DNA of 64,000 nt from Octopus vulgaris (lineage: Eukaryota). Shown piece by piece: positions 1-15,232 of the stretch. The notes beneath the pieces were generated by a model. That model was not told the DNA's origin and did not search any database. It saw only the letters and a list, made by a program, of their open reading frames with translations. Where the stretch lies: positions 29,140,001-29,204,000 of the forward strand of contig OX597820.1 of assembly GCA_951406725.2 (NCBI GenBank), written 5' to 3'. Within the stretch, counting starts at the first letter, position 1. Each line of letters begins with the position of its first letter. Made by a program: the position numbers and the translations under genes.

Positions 1-117
1 CTGTCCCCGTCTGCCTGTCTCCCTTTCCACCTGTCTCTCTTTCTCTCTCTTTCCAGTGCTCTCTTTTTCCATATCATTATCATTATTCATCTCACCCGCG
101 CGCGTTCCATACGTACA

Positions 118-810
<693 letters not shown>

Positions 811-965
811 CCGGTGTATATGACGTACGTTATAGGTGTGAGAACAGCGTGACATAATGGATGCAATACTCGCTGCATGAGAACGATTACAATAGAAACT
901 TATCACATCAACAATACTTCAAAGCAATATTTCATTCTAAACATTCAGCTCAGTATAACACATGA

Positions 966-1001
<36 letters not shown>

Positions 1002-1171
1002 ACTATTTACTAGCGTATACATACAGACACTTTTACACACATGCCTGCAATCACATGTACATTTATGCTTACACTCATATGCAAATATATATGTGTCTGT
1101 ATGGCAAATGAAAGACGGAAGATGGAATGAACAAAATTTATTATATATAAATATATATATATATATATATT

Positions 1172-1485
1172 AAACGCGTGATTGTGTAGTGAAAAGTGTG
1201 TTTTCAAGCTACATGGTTTCAGGCGCAGTCGCACACCATGGTCCTTGTGAGACGATTTGGTAAGCGGAAACTGTGTGGAAGCCCGTTATATTTGTGAGTG
1301 TGTATGTTTACCTCTGCGTTTGTTTTTGTCCTTCTTCCACCATTTGACAGCTGGTGTCGAGTTGCTAACGTAATGTAGCGGTTTGGCAAAAGGTGTCCGA
1401 TAGAATGAGTACCTGACTTCAAAAAAGTAATACGAAATCCAGCATGTTTGCTGTGCAATGACTGAAACAAGTAAAAGATAAAAAA
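1172..1485 (+). mobile_element. Old, degenerate copy of SINE type A
   Basis: Colinear similarity to adjacent 1496-1862, including GGAAACTG...GAAGCCCGT and tail CAATGACTGAAACAAGTAAAAGA. Confidence 0.7.
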
Positions 1486-1495
1486 TGAAGATATA

Positions 1496-1862
1496 GGCGT
1501 CGGAGTGGCTGTGTGGTAAGTAGCTTGCTTACGAACCACATGGTTCTGGATTCAGTCCCACTGCGTGGCACCTTGGGCATAGCCTTGTGAGTGGATCTGG
1601 TACACGGAAACTGAAAGAAGCCCGTCGTATATATGTATGTGTGTGTGTGTGTGTGTGTGTGTTTATGTGTCTGTGTTGTCCCCACAACATCGCTTGACAA
1701 CCGACGGTGGTGTGTTTACGACCCCGTAACTTAGCGGTTCGGCGAAAGAGACTGATAGAATAAGTACTAGGCTTCCAAAGAATAAGTCCTGGTGTCGATT
1801 TGCTCGACTAAAGGCGGTGCTTCAACATGGCCACAGTCAAATGACTGAAACAAGTAAAAGAG
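1496..1862 (+). mobile_element. tRNA-derived SINE type A (internal (TG)n, CR1-like tail)
   Basis: Pol III-like head GGAGTGGCTGTGTGGTAAG...TTCAGTCCC, internal microsatellite, tail CATGGCCACAGTCAAATGACTGAAACAAGTAAAAG; many copies in window. Confidence 0.9.
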
Positions 1863-2398
1863 TATATACGAGTATATACTCTCATGCATATAAAGATACG
1901 AACATAAATACAAACACTAAAGAATACCTAGTTACATTCACAGAGACGCTCAATGATATATATACACACATACTAAATAAGCGGATCCTCGTCAGTTTCG
2001 ACGATGTAAATTCAGTTGTTTAGCGTGTGTATTAATGACAGACAAAAGGGCAGGAAGATGATTAAACAGATAGATAGACAGTGATGTATGCTATATATAC
2101 ATTGTACTCTGTGTAGTCTTTCTTTCATACCTTTAGTAATTCTACCAAAGGATAACGGCCACGCTGGAGTGTTGCTTTCTGCGATTGTAGTCGCTTGTAT
2201 TCAGCGTAGTGCAAGTACTTTGTTTGGTATTTTATTTCGTAGTTCTGATATAGGATGAAAGGTAAATTTGACATCGGCGTAAAGATGAAAGATTAACCAC
2301 TACTGGATTAAGTAACACAAAGTATTTTTACTCGTTGATCGAGATCGTTTCATCTGTCGCTCACAGATACAGACACGCAAACACAATACGTATGCATA

Positions 2399-3255
<857 letters not shown>

Positions 3256-3267
3256 ATATATACATAC

Positions 3268-3351
<84 letters not shown>

Positions 3352-3402
3352 GAGCATATATACATACATATATGAGCATATATACATACATATATATTGC
3401 TC

Positions 3403-3474
<72 letters not shown>

Positions 3475-3479
<5 letters not shown>

Positions 3480-3789
3480 AGGCGCATGGCTCAGTGGTTA
3501 GAGCGTCGAGCTTACGATCGTGAGGTTGTGAGCTCGAATCCCGGACCGGGCTGCGTGTTGTGTTCTCGAGCAAGGCACTTTATTTCACGTTGCTCCAGTT
3601 CATTCAGCTGTATGATATATGCCAAGCTGTATCGACCTTTGTCTTTCCCTTGATAACACTGATGGCGTGGAGAGGGAGGCTGGTATGCATGGGCGACTGC
3701 TGGCCTTCCATAAAAACAACCTTGCCCAGACTTGTGTCTAAGAGGGTAACTTTCTAGGTGCAATCCCATGGTCATTCATGACCGAAGGG

Positions 3790-3795
<6 letters not shown>
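3475..3795 (+). mobile_element. tRNA-derived SINE type C
   Basis: Head GGCGCATGGCTCAGTGGTTAGAGCGTCG...TCGAATCCC, body GAGCAAGGCACTTTATTTCAC, tail CTAGGTGCAATCCCATGGTCATTCATGACCGAAGGGTC; homologues at 43128-43430 and 49605-49745 (-). Confidence 0.85.
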
Positions 3796-3841
<46 letters not shown>

Positions 3842-3845
<4 letters not shown>

Positions 3846-4750
3846 TAGTTTCAGCTCAGAGCTGCGGCCATGCTGATGCAGCGCCGTTTTGTGCTACATT
3901 GTTATTACGGCGAACCTCGTCTAATATGTGGCACTTGGTGAAGAATGGAGTTTGATATAGCTACTCTCATTTGCACCTCTTGCCGTGAGGTAGGTTCATT
4001 TGGGACTCTTGACAGGAAGATGTCCAGCTTTGATTTAAAAACCGCTACATCTACTTTGTACAAGTTCCTCAGACTCTTTGGGGGAATATTAGAAAGCTGT
4101 GGGCCCTTGAAACCCAGGCTGTTGCAGAAACTGGTCCTGTAGCGGGATGGCATTGCTGGGATCTTTGGCACTATGCAGTGTCGTCCCGTTCTAGCATTGG
4201 TGTAGCTTACAATGCCAAAATTTGGCACAATTCCTTCCAGGATCTTCCAGACATATATTACTTCATACCTCTCCCGTCTTCTCTCCAGGGAGTAAAGTCT
4301 TAGCTGTTTCAAACTTTCCCAGTAGCTGAGCTGTTGCAAAGAGAGGATCTTCTCAGTGAATCTTCTCTGGATTGCTTCAAGGTCCGCTGTTAATTTTACA
4401 CTGGTGGGTGACCATAGCTGTGGGCAGTAATCCAGGCGGCTGAGGACGAATGTCCGCCAGAGGACCATCATGGTTTCCTTATCTCTGGTTCTGAATGTTC
4501 TTAGGATCCACCCAGCCAGTCGTTTGCACTTTGTCGCCATCCTGGTTATGTGCACTTGGAAAGAGGTATCATCACTCATGTCGATACCCAGGTCCCTCAC
4601 AGACTTAGGCTCTGGGATTGAAATTCCCTGTGGACCGGTGTATCCTGTAAGTTTAATATTCAGTTTTGGATGCTGGTAGCGCAGGGCCTGGAATTTTTCA
4701 GCATTAAACTGCATATTATTATCCTCAGCCCATCTGTAGATTGAGTCCAA
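3842..4750 (-). mobile_element. 5'-truncated CR1/L2-group LINE: RT C-terminal region plus 3' UTR
   Basis: 281-aa ORF with [60 protein letters not shown] motifs typical of the CR1-group ORF2 end; short 3' UTR with hairpin runs into (TA)n. Confidence 0.9.
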
Positions 4751-4799
4751 CTCCTGCTGCAGGTGTGCAACATCGCTGGGGTTGTTTATTTTTATATAT

Positions 4800-5027
<228 letters not shown>

Positions 5028-5171
5028 GTATATATAAAACTTTAAAATGTTTTAGCCAAGGCGCCATGTGGGCACACGCTGAATGAGTACACTAGTTTGT
5101 GAACCATGATATATATATATATATATATACTCCAACAGAGAGATAGTTTATTAAGTCCTCAGGCATTTAAC

Positions 5172-5224
<53 letters not shown>

Positions 5225-5288
5225 ATTTAACCTTTAAAGGTATTTTTTGATATGCTGGCCATTGATAAAATTTTTATCCTATATTAGT

Positions 5289-5347
<59 letters not shown>

Positions 5348-5536
5348 ATATATGATAATAAGGGTGAAAAATTGAATATTAATTTGATTTATATCAATTT
5401 AAAACCAGAAAAATTATATTACACACATATAAGGGGGATGACCACTAAGTGGACATCCATTATGCTAGAAGTCGACACCCTATGGTCTTACCACTAAGAA
5501 AGGAATGTTCTCAAGAAAATTTAGCAAACGCGTTTG

Positions 5537-5662
5537 CACAAGGCTTTGGTCGGCTCGAGGATATAGTAGAAGACACTTGCCCAATGTGTCACGCAGTGGA
5601 ACTGAACCTGTAACTACGTGGTTGGTAAGCAAGCTACTTAACACACAGCCACTCCTGCGCCT
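5537..5662 (-). mobile_element. SINE type A, 5' part
   Basis: Reverse complement of the type A head (CACAGCCACTCCTGCGCC). Confidence 0.8.
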
Positions 5663-5760
5663 ATGTATGTATGTATGTTGTGTGTGTGTGTGTATGTGTG
5701 TGTGTATGTGTGTGTGTGTGTGTGAAGTTATATATGTAACGAATGGACCCAGTGTGTATG

Positions 5761-5791
<31 letters not shown>

Positions 5792-6061
5792 TGCTTGAAA
5801 GCATATAGACACTATCAACAGTGCTACTGTCCTGTACACACAAAATGGCACACTTACCAAGAAGGTGAATAACAATTTGTGAAAATCAATATAGATATGT
5901 TCGGGCCTATAAATAAGGCTACATTTATGTATACATGGATGCATTTGTGCTCATGTTTGCGTATGTATGAATATATGTGTATACATATATATATATATAT
6001 ATATACATATACAAATATAAATATATATATACATACATACATACATACATACATACATACA

Positions 6062-6096
<35 letters not shown>

Positions 6097-6152
6097 TTAC
6101 AACAACAGTGTATGTGCACTTATATAAACCGGAATTTGTATTAGATAAATAG

Positions 6153-6257
<105 letters not shown>

Positions 6258-6314
6258 ATTGATAGATAGATAGATAGATAGATTGATAGATACATACATA
6301 CATACATACATACA

Positions 6315-6346
<32 letters not shown>

Positions 6347-6939
6347 CATAAATACACTCGCACACATACACATATCTACGTGTCTAATTATACGTATGTA
6401 TGCCAATACCTATATGCGTATGTGTGTATGTCTATGCATATATGTTTGTGTGTGTGTGTGCGCGCACGTGTGTGTATGCATGCATGCACATACATTTATG
6501 TGTGTGTGTTTGTGTGTGTCAGGTTATGTAAATATATTTGGTAAATAAACATATGAATGCATACACACATGCATAAACACACACACACACACACACACAC
6601 TTAGACATATAAAGACGTACATACACTGTCTTACATTAAACGTCTTAAATACATACGCAGGTAAATGTACTTCTATAGAATGTAAGTACATGCACGCATG
6701 TGGTATACTTAATACATGTGCAAGAGTGGTGTGCATGCATGTACGCCAATGCGTGTGGTGTTTGTGTGTGTGTGTGCGTGTGTGTGTGTGTGTGTGTATG
6801 TGTGTGTGTGCGTGTGTGTGTGCGGGTACGTTGATTTTGGTTCCTGTATTTCTAGTCTGGAGTTAATGACATTCATTGATATATGGATTGGCCAATTGTT
6901 GTTACAATATCTAGTGAAGTGGTCGCGGTTTATTGGTGA

Positions 6940-7430
6940 TCACGACGATGGTGGTGGTAGTGGTGTGGTGTTGGTGGTGTTGGTGGCTTTGAGGATGGTA
7001 ATGGTTGTGCTAGTAGCGGTGGTGTCGGTGGTAATGTCCTTTGTAATTGTGGTGGTGGTGGTGGTGGTGGTGGTGGTGGTGGTGGTCATGGTGATGATGA
7101 TGATGGTTGTAGTGGTGGGTGGTGGCGAAGATGATGATGATGATGTTGATGATGATGATGACGTTCATGATGATGATGATTACGATTATTGCAATTGAGA
7201 CGATAAAGAGGAGGATAATAATCTTGGTGGTGGTGGTGGTGGTGGTGGCGGTGGTGGTGGTGGTGGTGGTGGTTCTGCTGCTGTTGCTGTTGGTGTTGCC
7301 GGTGCTGCTTGTGGCAAAAGAGGGGTTCGTCCTAGTGTTGACTATGGTGCTGGTGATGACAACGGTGATGACAACAATGATGAGGATAATGATGATAGTG
7401 CTGGTGATGGCAGAAGTAATAATGGTGGTC
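6940..7430. repeat. (GGT)n/(GAT)n low-complexity tract
   Basis: Degenerate trinucleotide repeats. Confidence 0.9.
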
Positions 7431-7919
7431 TATCGCATCTAATATAGCAAGAGTGCCAAGGGATCGTCAGTAAAACATTGGTAAAACAAATATCACAATT
7501 CTTATACGATGTGTGTGTGTACGTGTGTCTGTATGTGTGTGTGTGTGTATACTCATATATATAAATATATATACGCACATATATAGACGCACACATACAT
7601 ACTTAACATACATAGATGCACACATTTACACTCACATAAATACATACATACATGCATGCCATGACATTTCATGGACCCTCAATCATTTGATGGATTCGTG
7701 AGGGTGCCGTGGGGACATTTTAGGACCTGACGGAGCCCATTTCGCTTTCCTGGTCACAGCTCAGTTAAACTCTTCTAGACGAAGAGAAAGAAACGGTGGG
7801 GGGAAATTATTTAGCGAACGAGAAGCATTGACCCCAGCATATTGCTAGCAGTTATTGACCCTGAAAGGGATTAAAGATAAATTTGATCTCGATAAGATTC
7901 GATGTAATGTAAGTATTTG

Positions 7920-8735
7920 TCCGATAGCTGATCGATTTTTTTCTGAAGCAATTTTGATTTCTTCTCTAAACTTTCTCAATTACTGGTTGTGTTCTGTTGA
8001 GTAGGAGTAAATTATAAACTTTTGCAGCAATGGCTGTGAGAGTGATTCCTCTGTAGTTCTTTGTGAGAACCAAATCCCTTTCTTTTTGCAAATGGGAGTA
8101 TGCAGCTTTTTGCCTATTTGATAACATTGCTTCCGTTGAAGACGGTATTTCAGAAGCCTAACAGAATATCATTGAATTCTGTTTTCCAGGTTTCAGGCTG
8201 AATGTTATCAAGTCCGACAGCCATTCAGTTTTTGGTATTTTTAAGGATGTCTTCCATTTCTTCAATGGTGAAATCACCTGTTATGAAAGCGAAGGTGTGC
8301 CAATAATTGATTTCACATCTATATCAGAAATTGAGGGTATGTACCCAATAAAATTTCCAAAGTGATCCCTCCAATTTTCTACGCATCCCTGTGGATTTTT
8401 AGCCTTAATTTTTGAATTGTTAGAGTTTTTGCGTCCACTTATTTCGTTTACTATCTGCCTGTTTGCTACAGCCTGTTTAATTTGATTTGTTTCACTATGG
8501 ATGTAGCTTTGTTGTTGAGATTGATATAGGTCTACTAGTTCTTTCTCTGCCTTTTTTTGCAATTGGCTTTATTTGTTGGGGTTGGGTGTATAATTTTAGC
8601 TTAAGCCGATTCTTTGAGATAATTTCTCTTATTTATTATCTTTCTGTCATCCCAGGGCAGACATTATTATTTAGTTTTATAGGTATGATCTTCCTTGCAA
8701 CTTCTTTGCGGGACGTTACAAAATTATTGAATACT
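7920..8735 (-). mobile_element. Decayed RTE-group LINE ORF fragment (linker and start of RT)
   Basis: Manual minus-strand translation gives IVNEISGRK, GLDNIQPETWK, KNYRGITLTAIAAKVYNLLLLNR, RRNQNCFRKNRS; frameshifts and stops present. Confidence 0.8.
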
Positions 8736-9142
8736 GAGTTGGCTATGTGGTAAGTAGCTTGCTTACCAACTACATGGTTCCAGGTTCAGTCACACTGCGT
8801 GGAACCTTGGGGAAGTGTTCTACTATAGCCCCGAGCCGACCAAAGCCTTGTGAGTGGATTTGGTAGACGAAAACTGAAGGAAGCCCGTCGTATATATGTA
8901 TATATGTATGTGTGTGTATATGTTTGTATGTCTGTGTTTGTCCCCCAACATCGCTTGACAACCAATGCTGGTGTGTTTACGTCCCCGTAACATAGCGGTT
9001 CGGCAAAAGAGACTGATAGAATAAGTACTAGGCTTTCAAAAGAATAAGACGTGTCGTCGATTTGCTCGACTAAAGGCGGTGCTCCAGCATGGCCGTATTC
9101 AAATGATTGAAACGAGTAAAAGAATAAAAGAATAAAAGAATA
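8735..9142 (+). mobile_element. SINE type A
   Basis: Near full-length match to 1496-1862 and 46846-47283. Confidence 0.9.
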
Positions 9143-9149
9143 TTTGAAG

Positions 9150-9330
9150 CGATGAGCTAGCAGAAACATTAGAGCGTCGGAAAAAGTAATTTGCTGTATA
9201 TATCCTGGACGTTTACATTATGAGTTCAGATCCCACTGGGGATCAACTTTGCTTTTCATCCTTTGGCGGGGTGGGGGGGTCAATAAAAATAAAGTACCGA
9301 TCTGACCTCTGGTTTGAGGCATTGCGCTAG
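9150..9330 (+). mobile_element. Degenerate SINE type D
   Basis: GAGCTAGCAGAAACATTAG head and CTTTGCTTTTCATCCTTT core. Confidence 0.65.
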
Positions 9331-10029
9331 AAATAACTCAAAATCCAGTCGATTAGAGTATTGAGGCAAAACAAGTACAGCAATGACAACAACAGCAACA
9401 ACAACGACAACAGTAACAGAATATTAAATATATATAGATTTTTTTTAGTACAGCAGCAATCATGATGCAAAAGTGCTTCGGTCGATTTTGCTAAAAACAT
9501 TTCGTAGATTCCATTGAAAATAAATATCCAGAAGACCAATATTAAGCCTCATTGAACAAGAATTTCAGAAGGAAAAAAAAAAAAGCATTATAACTGCACT
9601 TAAATTACCTAACGAACGCCTAAATGAACAGGCTGTATATATTAATTGAATAACAGCCATTTCGGTTTTGTGTCTTTCAGACCAATGAATACGAAACTAA
9701 AAAAACTTTTTAAAAAATAACTCTGTATTTTCATAGCGTTCAGACAATATTGGTTTAAGTTGAGCTAAGTGCATGTAAGTGCATTTATAGTAAATATACG
9801 TTCTGATAATTTTTGATGACTGCTGCTTAATAATGGTTTTCTCATTTTTTTTTCTATTGTTCTTGCTGTCGCCATGCCTTTTCTTTTTCTTCTTCTTCTT
9901 CTTCTCCTACTACTTCTTCTTCCTCTCCTCCTCCTCCTTTTTAGTCTCTCTTCCTCCTCTTTTTTCTTCTTCTTTTACTCCTCTTCCTCCTTCTTCTTCT
10001 TCTTTTTCTTCTTCACCACCACCACTACT

Positions 10030-10068
<39 letters not shown>

Positions 10069-10254
10069 GCCATCGTCGTCGACATTATCATCCCTCTCTG
10101 CTTTATGTTTATCCGCAGGCAAAAACTACATCGTCCCCACTATTATTTAAGGCATCAGGGCGTGGTCTTGGAAAGATTTAGCTGTTATTTCTGGTAGGCA
10201 GCATTACTAAGTTCCGGCTGCCAGGTTGACTTCCCTTCTCGAAAGAATGCGTCA

Positions 10255-10302
<48 letters not shown>

Positions 10303-10402
10303 TATTCACATAAACATGCATTTATGTATGTATGTAATAAATACATTATACATATATACATAAATATATATGCATGTATATATATATACATATATATATA
10401 TA

Positions 10403-10454
<52 letters not shown>

Positions 10455-10558
10455 CTGGTTCAAAAAGCCACATGGGACGCCATGATAGATCTAAGATGAG
10501 AGTAGAAGAGGTGGTCAGACTCTGCGTGAGGAGTAGACAATATGTATATATATATATA

Positions 10559-11133
10559 TTGGGTTGTCCGGAAAGTTCGTGCCGATTTACAGTAGCTTAC
10601 CTTTCGATTTATTTTAGAACATGGCTGAGTCCATAAAATAGGATTTGACTACACCTCCATTTAGAGCACAGTTTAAGCTATCTTTTCGTGAAAGAAAGTT
10701 TATGTTCCTATAACCTGTGTTAATTCTGTAACCCTTTAAAATGGAAGATAAGAACGTTTATTTTCGGCACTTGATGCTTTGAGAACTAGACAAAAATTGC
10801 TGCAGCTCGGCTGGGATGTGTTACCCCACCCTTCATATTCCCCAGATATTGTTCCTTCGGATTTCCACTTATTCAGGTCTCTGCAGAATAGACTTAATGG
10901 TAAAAATTTCAATTCCTTGGATGACGTAAAAAGATACCTTGATGTATTCTTTGCCATGAAACCACCTCATTTCTGGGAAGAAGGTATTTTCAAGTTAAAA
11001 GGAAAGATGGAGACGCATTGTGCAACAAAATGGTTCATATTTGGTTGATTAAAAATGTAAAATGTAATGGCAAGCATTTATTGACCTTTTTTCTTTCTTT
11101 TGAAAATCAGCACGAACTTTCCGGACAACCAAA
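10559..11133 (+). mobile_element. Non-autonomous, internally deleted mariner element
   Basis: ~30-bp TIRs TTGGGTTGTCCGGAAAGTTCGTGCCGATTT / AAATCAGCACGAACTTTCCGGACAACCAAA, TA on both sides; transposase start MEDKNVYFRHLML joined out of frame to C-terminal HPSYSPDIVPSDFHLF. Confidence 0.92.
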
Positions 11134-11179
11134 TATATATATATATATATATATACATATACGTGTGCATATTAATATT

Positions 11180-11690
11180 ATAGAACTTCTCTCAACAAAA
11201 ACAAACTGATGTCATGATAAAGGTCGTCCGGCAGCATTATGCACTGCACCGTTTTCTCCACTAATGAGGAAGGACTGGGCCGAGCGAGAGAAACCTCATG
11301 TAATAACAAAAATAAATTTCTGTCATAAGTGTCGTCGGAAGCACTACTTGTTGCACCTTTTTCTCCACTAATGAAGAAAGTTTGAGAAACCTCTTGTAAC
11401 AACTATAATAAACTGATGTCTGGATAAGAGTCACCGAGAAGCTATTCCCTGCATCCGTTTTTCGAGAAATGGAAAAGAGCTAAGTGAAGGGCGAGGAATC
11501 TTTTCTAATAACAAGAGTAAACCTGACGCCATGATAATGATAGTAAGGGGCGCTACTCACTACATCACTTTCTCAAGAAAGGGTGATGGGCTGATCTAAA
11601 AGAGGAGGAAATGGATAAGGGCTAAATGAAGGGCGAAAAACCTCTTCTAATAATAAAAGAAGGGAAATGAAGTCACGATAATCTATATCG
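11180..11690. repeat. Degenerate ~100-110-bp tandem repeat, about 5 units
   Basis: Recurring GAAACCTCTT.TAA.AAC...AAACTGATGTCATGATAA near 11183, 11290, 11386, 11495, 11637. Confidence 0.7.
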
Positions 11691-12114
11691 GTTGCGCAAC
11701 CCGTAAGATCATTATGCTAAGCAAAAGAGAAGGGTTGAACGAGAGTTTAGCATTCACTTATCGAAAATCATAATGATATTCTACGGGAACCATCCAAGGA
11801 CAGACAGCTGTGATGTGATGTATAGCAAAGAACCGAAACTGAGTATAAATACGTAGTATATGGTTAAATCAACTAATTTTTCACCATCACCCCTCATCAT
11901 AATCGCAACCAAAACTGATTTTATTCAACCCACGTTTTTTCGACGTTTGTATTGCAATCAAAACTTTGGTTTGTTTGGTGCTCGCTGTTTGCTTTGTCTG
12001 GAGGGTGGGGCGATTGGGAGGAGGGCTACACTTGAATGCTGCTAACAATTTTGTTTTCACTAATTCCCACCAGACAGGTTATGATACAAAATAAAACGAT
12101 TAAAGAAAAAACCC

Positions 12115-12147
12115 AATAACAACAACAGCAACAACAACAATAATAAT

Positions 12148-12229
<82 letters not shown>

Positions 12230-12635
12230 TTTAAAAAACATCAGTTTTTTCCTTTTCCAAATATTTTTATTGCTGTTGTTGCTGCCACTATCATCATTGT
12301 TGTTGTTGTTGTTGTTGTTGTTCTTGTGTGCGTTGTATTTGTGCCACTATCATTTTCATCATCATCATCATCATCAACGTCACCATCATCATCATCATCA
12401 TTATGATGACCATCATCGTCATCATCATCATCATCTTCATTATCATCAACGTCACCACCATTATCACCGTCACCATCATCGTCATCATCTTCATCATCCC
12501 CATCATCATCATCATGATCATCATCATCATGATCGTTATCATCGTCTTCACCCTTATCATCATCCTCATCATCATCATCATCTTCATCATCATCATTAAT
12601 ATTGTTACTGTTGTTATTATTGTTATCATTATTAA

Positions 12636-12680
<45 letters not shown>

Positions 12681-12705
12681 CATCATCATCATCATCATCA
12701 TCATG
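12115..12705. repeat. (AAC)n/(AAT)n/(CAT)n tract
   Basis: Compound trinucleotide microsatellites. Confidence 0.9.
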
Positions 12706-13164
12706 CATCGTAAAAAAAAAAAAGGCAAAATAAAATAAATATCATAAAAGCTCTAATGGATTTGCTGTGTTCAACTTCATACCAATTTCCGAATCGATAC
12801 TTACAATTTAACGTTCAAGTGAAAAAAAAAAATGATAACTAAACAAATAAAAAAAAACGAAAAAATAAATGAATAAACAAATAAACAAATAAATAAGTAA
12901 ATAAATAAATAAATAAATACAAGAGATTTTTGACTTTAATTAATATTTCTGACTTCAGCTATCCTCAACTCGGCTGGAAACTCGTTAGACCAGTGGAGGC
13001 ACTTCTGACTCTACGCGAAAACCACCACCACCATCACCACCATTCCTAGTTACTGGAATAACCACCTGACACAAACTACACTACGTTGTTCGACGCGGCA
13101 ATCCGCAGGGATTCTTTCTTCTTTTTTTTTTTTGGTTATTTTTTGATATTTCATACTTAGGATA

Positions 13165-13245
13165 GTGATGTTCGAAGTGACGACGACGACGGCGGCGACG
13201 GTGTCGGCGGCGATGATGATGACAATGACGATGAGGATGAGGAGG

Positions 13246-13292
<47 letters not shown>

Positions 13293-13600
13293 AATGATGA
13301 TGATGATGATGATGACGAAGAGGATGTAGATGATTATGATGATCGCGATGGTGATAGCGATAGTGATAACCACGACGACAATGATGATGACGACAACGAC
13401 GACGACGATGATGATGATGACGATTATGATAATAACGATGTCGATGATGATGACGATTATTATGATGATGATAATGATGATGAGGATGATGATGATGATG
13501 ATGATTATGGTGATGATGACGACGACGACGACGCCGATGATGATGACGATGACAATATCAGTGATGATGATGATGATGATGATGTCGATGGAGATGTTGG

Positions 13601-13637
<37 letters not shown>

Positions 13638-13856
13638 AATGAGGAGGAGGAGAAGGAGGAGGAGGAAGGAGAAGGAGAAGGAGAAGGACAACGATGACAC
13701 CGACGATGATGATTATGATGATGACGATTACGACGACGACAACTATGATGAGAGGGAAGAAGAAGAAGAGAAGGATTGCCACGATGAGGACCACCAAGCC
13801 AGAGACGGTAGCACCAAAGATGATGACGATGACAACTACAATGACGATGACGATAT
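13165..13856. repeat. (GAT)n/(GAC)n tract
   Basis: Degenerate trinucleotide repeat. Confidence 0.9.
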
Positions 13857-14457
13857 TTAGAATTATGAAAACTGAGAGAATTACTAACGAAAGCTCATCT
13901 ATTCTCCTCTGTTCCGGTAAAACTAAAACAATATGATGTAGTTTTTGCAAGAAACAAAGAATATCTCTGAGTCTATTTGCTAGGAAAATAGAACAATAGA
14001 GACATCTGAATTAATATTAGAATTCTGAATTTTAAATTTCAAATCTTAATGCTATTCTGACATCCATAACTCTCGAGAAACCATAGAATATGTTTAAGTT
14101 GGAAATTCTTAACTAATCTCTGGTTAACAGAACCGTATCTGCTGTTGTTGTACAAACCCTCACATGACTAACAATCACGTCAATTCTATATGGAAGATAC
14201 TGGCTGATAATCTAGTTTTCTTTGGGTTCTTTTTTTACCCAATACATTTTTCTCTTCTAGACTGATACAGGCTCCCCTCGTCTTTTTAATTCTAATTTCA
14301 AACTAGTTCCAACATCCAGCGAAAGGGATTGTCACCCACCTTTCACCATTCATGTCAATGACTTCTGTCTCACTTGCAGATCCACTTGAAACGAAGACAG
14401 GGTCACCTTAGTATCTTTGTGTGATATCTTTATAAACATGAGTGACACACGTACACA

Positions 14458-14521
<64 letters not shown>

Positions 14522-14522
14522 A

Positions 14523-14569
<47 letters not shown>

Positions 14570-14956
14570 TATATACATTTATAACTATATATAAGCGTGT
14601 GCATCTGTAAGTAGATATGCATATATGTGTGCGTGTGTGTGAGTGTATGTGTGAGTATGTGTGTTTGCACACACATGTGTCTATGTTTATGTGTCTGTCT
14701 GTGTGTATCTGTGTCTATAAATACTTGGAAAATATTTTTCATAAAGCCAAAAAATTACTTGATGTGCAAAGGGATTTTGCTTTCAAAGGTCTCCGGGGGA
14801 ATAGACAGAAAATATTATCTACACTTTTACTGATATTTCAAAACTCGTACTTAAATCAATGTAGCACAGTAAAACAGAAGCTTGGTTCTATATGGTGTAA
14901 TAGGGGTACACATACGCACACTCCACACCGACACATGCTTACATGCATATATAATT

Positions 14957-15036
<80 letters not shown>

Positions 15037-15069
15037 GTAGTTAGATAGATAGATAAAACTCTTTAACAC

Positions 15070-15232
15070 TTTAACCTCTTTCAGCTTTAAAGCTGCGGTC
15101 ATGCTGGGGCACCACCGCAGCCTGTACTGCACATTCATTATTTGAAATCTCCTCTGACGTTTAGCATTTGGTGAATGAGGGAGTTTGATGCTGCTGCCCT
15201 CATCTGTGTTTCCTGCCGCGAGGTAAGGTCAT
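15070..15232 (-). mobile_element. 3' end of a second CR1-group LINE
   Basis: Translates LTSRQETQMRAAASNSLIHQM, matching [21 protein letters not shown] at the end of the 3905-4750 ORF; same 3' UTR hairpin motif. Confidence 0.8.

Noticed and set aside
3475-3560. tRNA-like sequences (also 2740-2820, 37652-37725)
   Set aside because: They are SINE heads continuing into SINE bodies; no complete cloverleaf.
5070-5110. CTGAATGA...GAACC hammerhead-like words
   Set aside because: Core spacing wrong and no convincing stems.
6716-7442. Hydrophobic poly-Val/Met ORFs resembling membrane proteins
   Set aside because: Products of (GGT)n/(GAT)n repeats, open in several frames, no domain.
12241-13950. Poly-Asp/His/Ile/Met ORFs
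   Set aside because: Trinucleotide tracts open in nearly all frames; no evidence of coding constraint.
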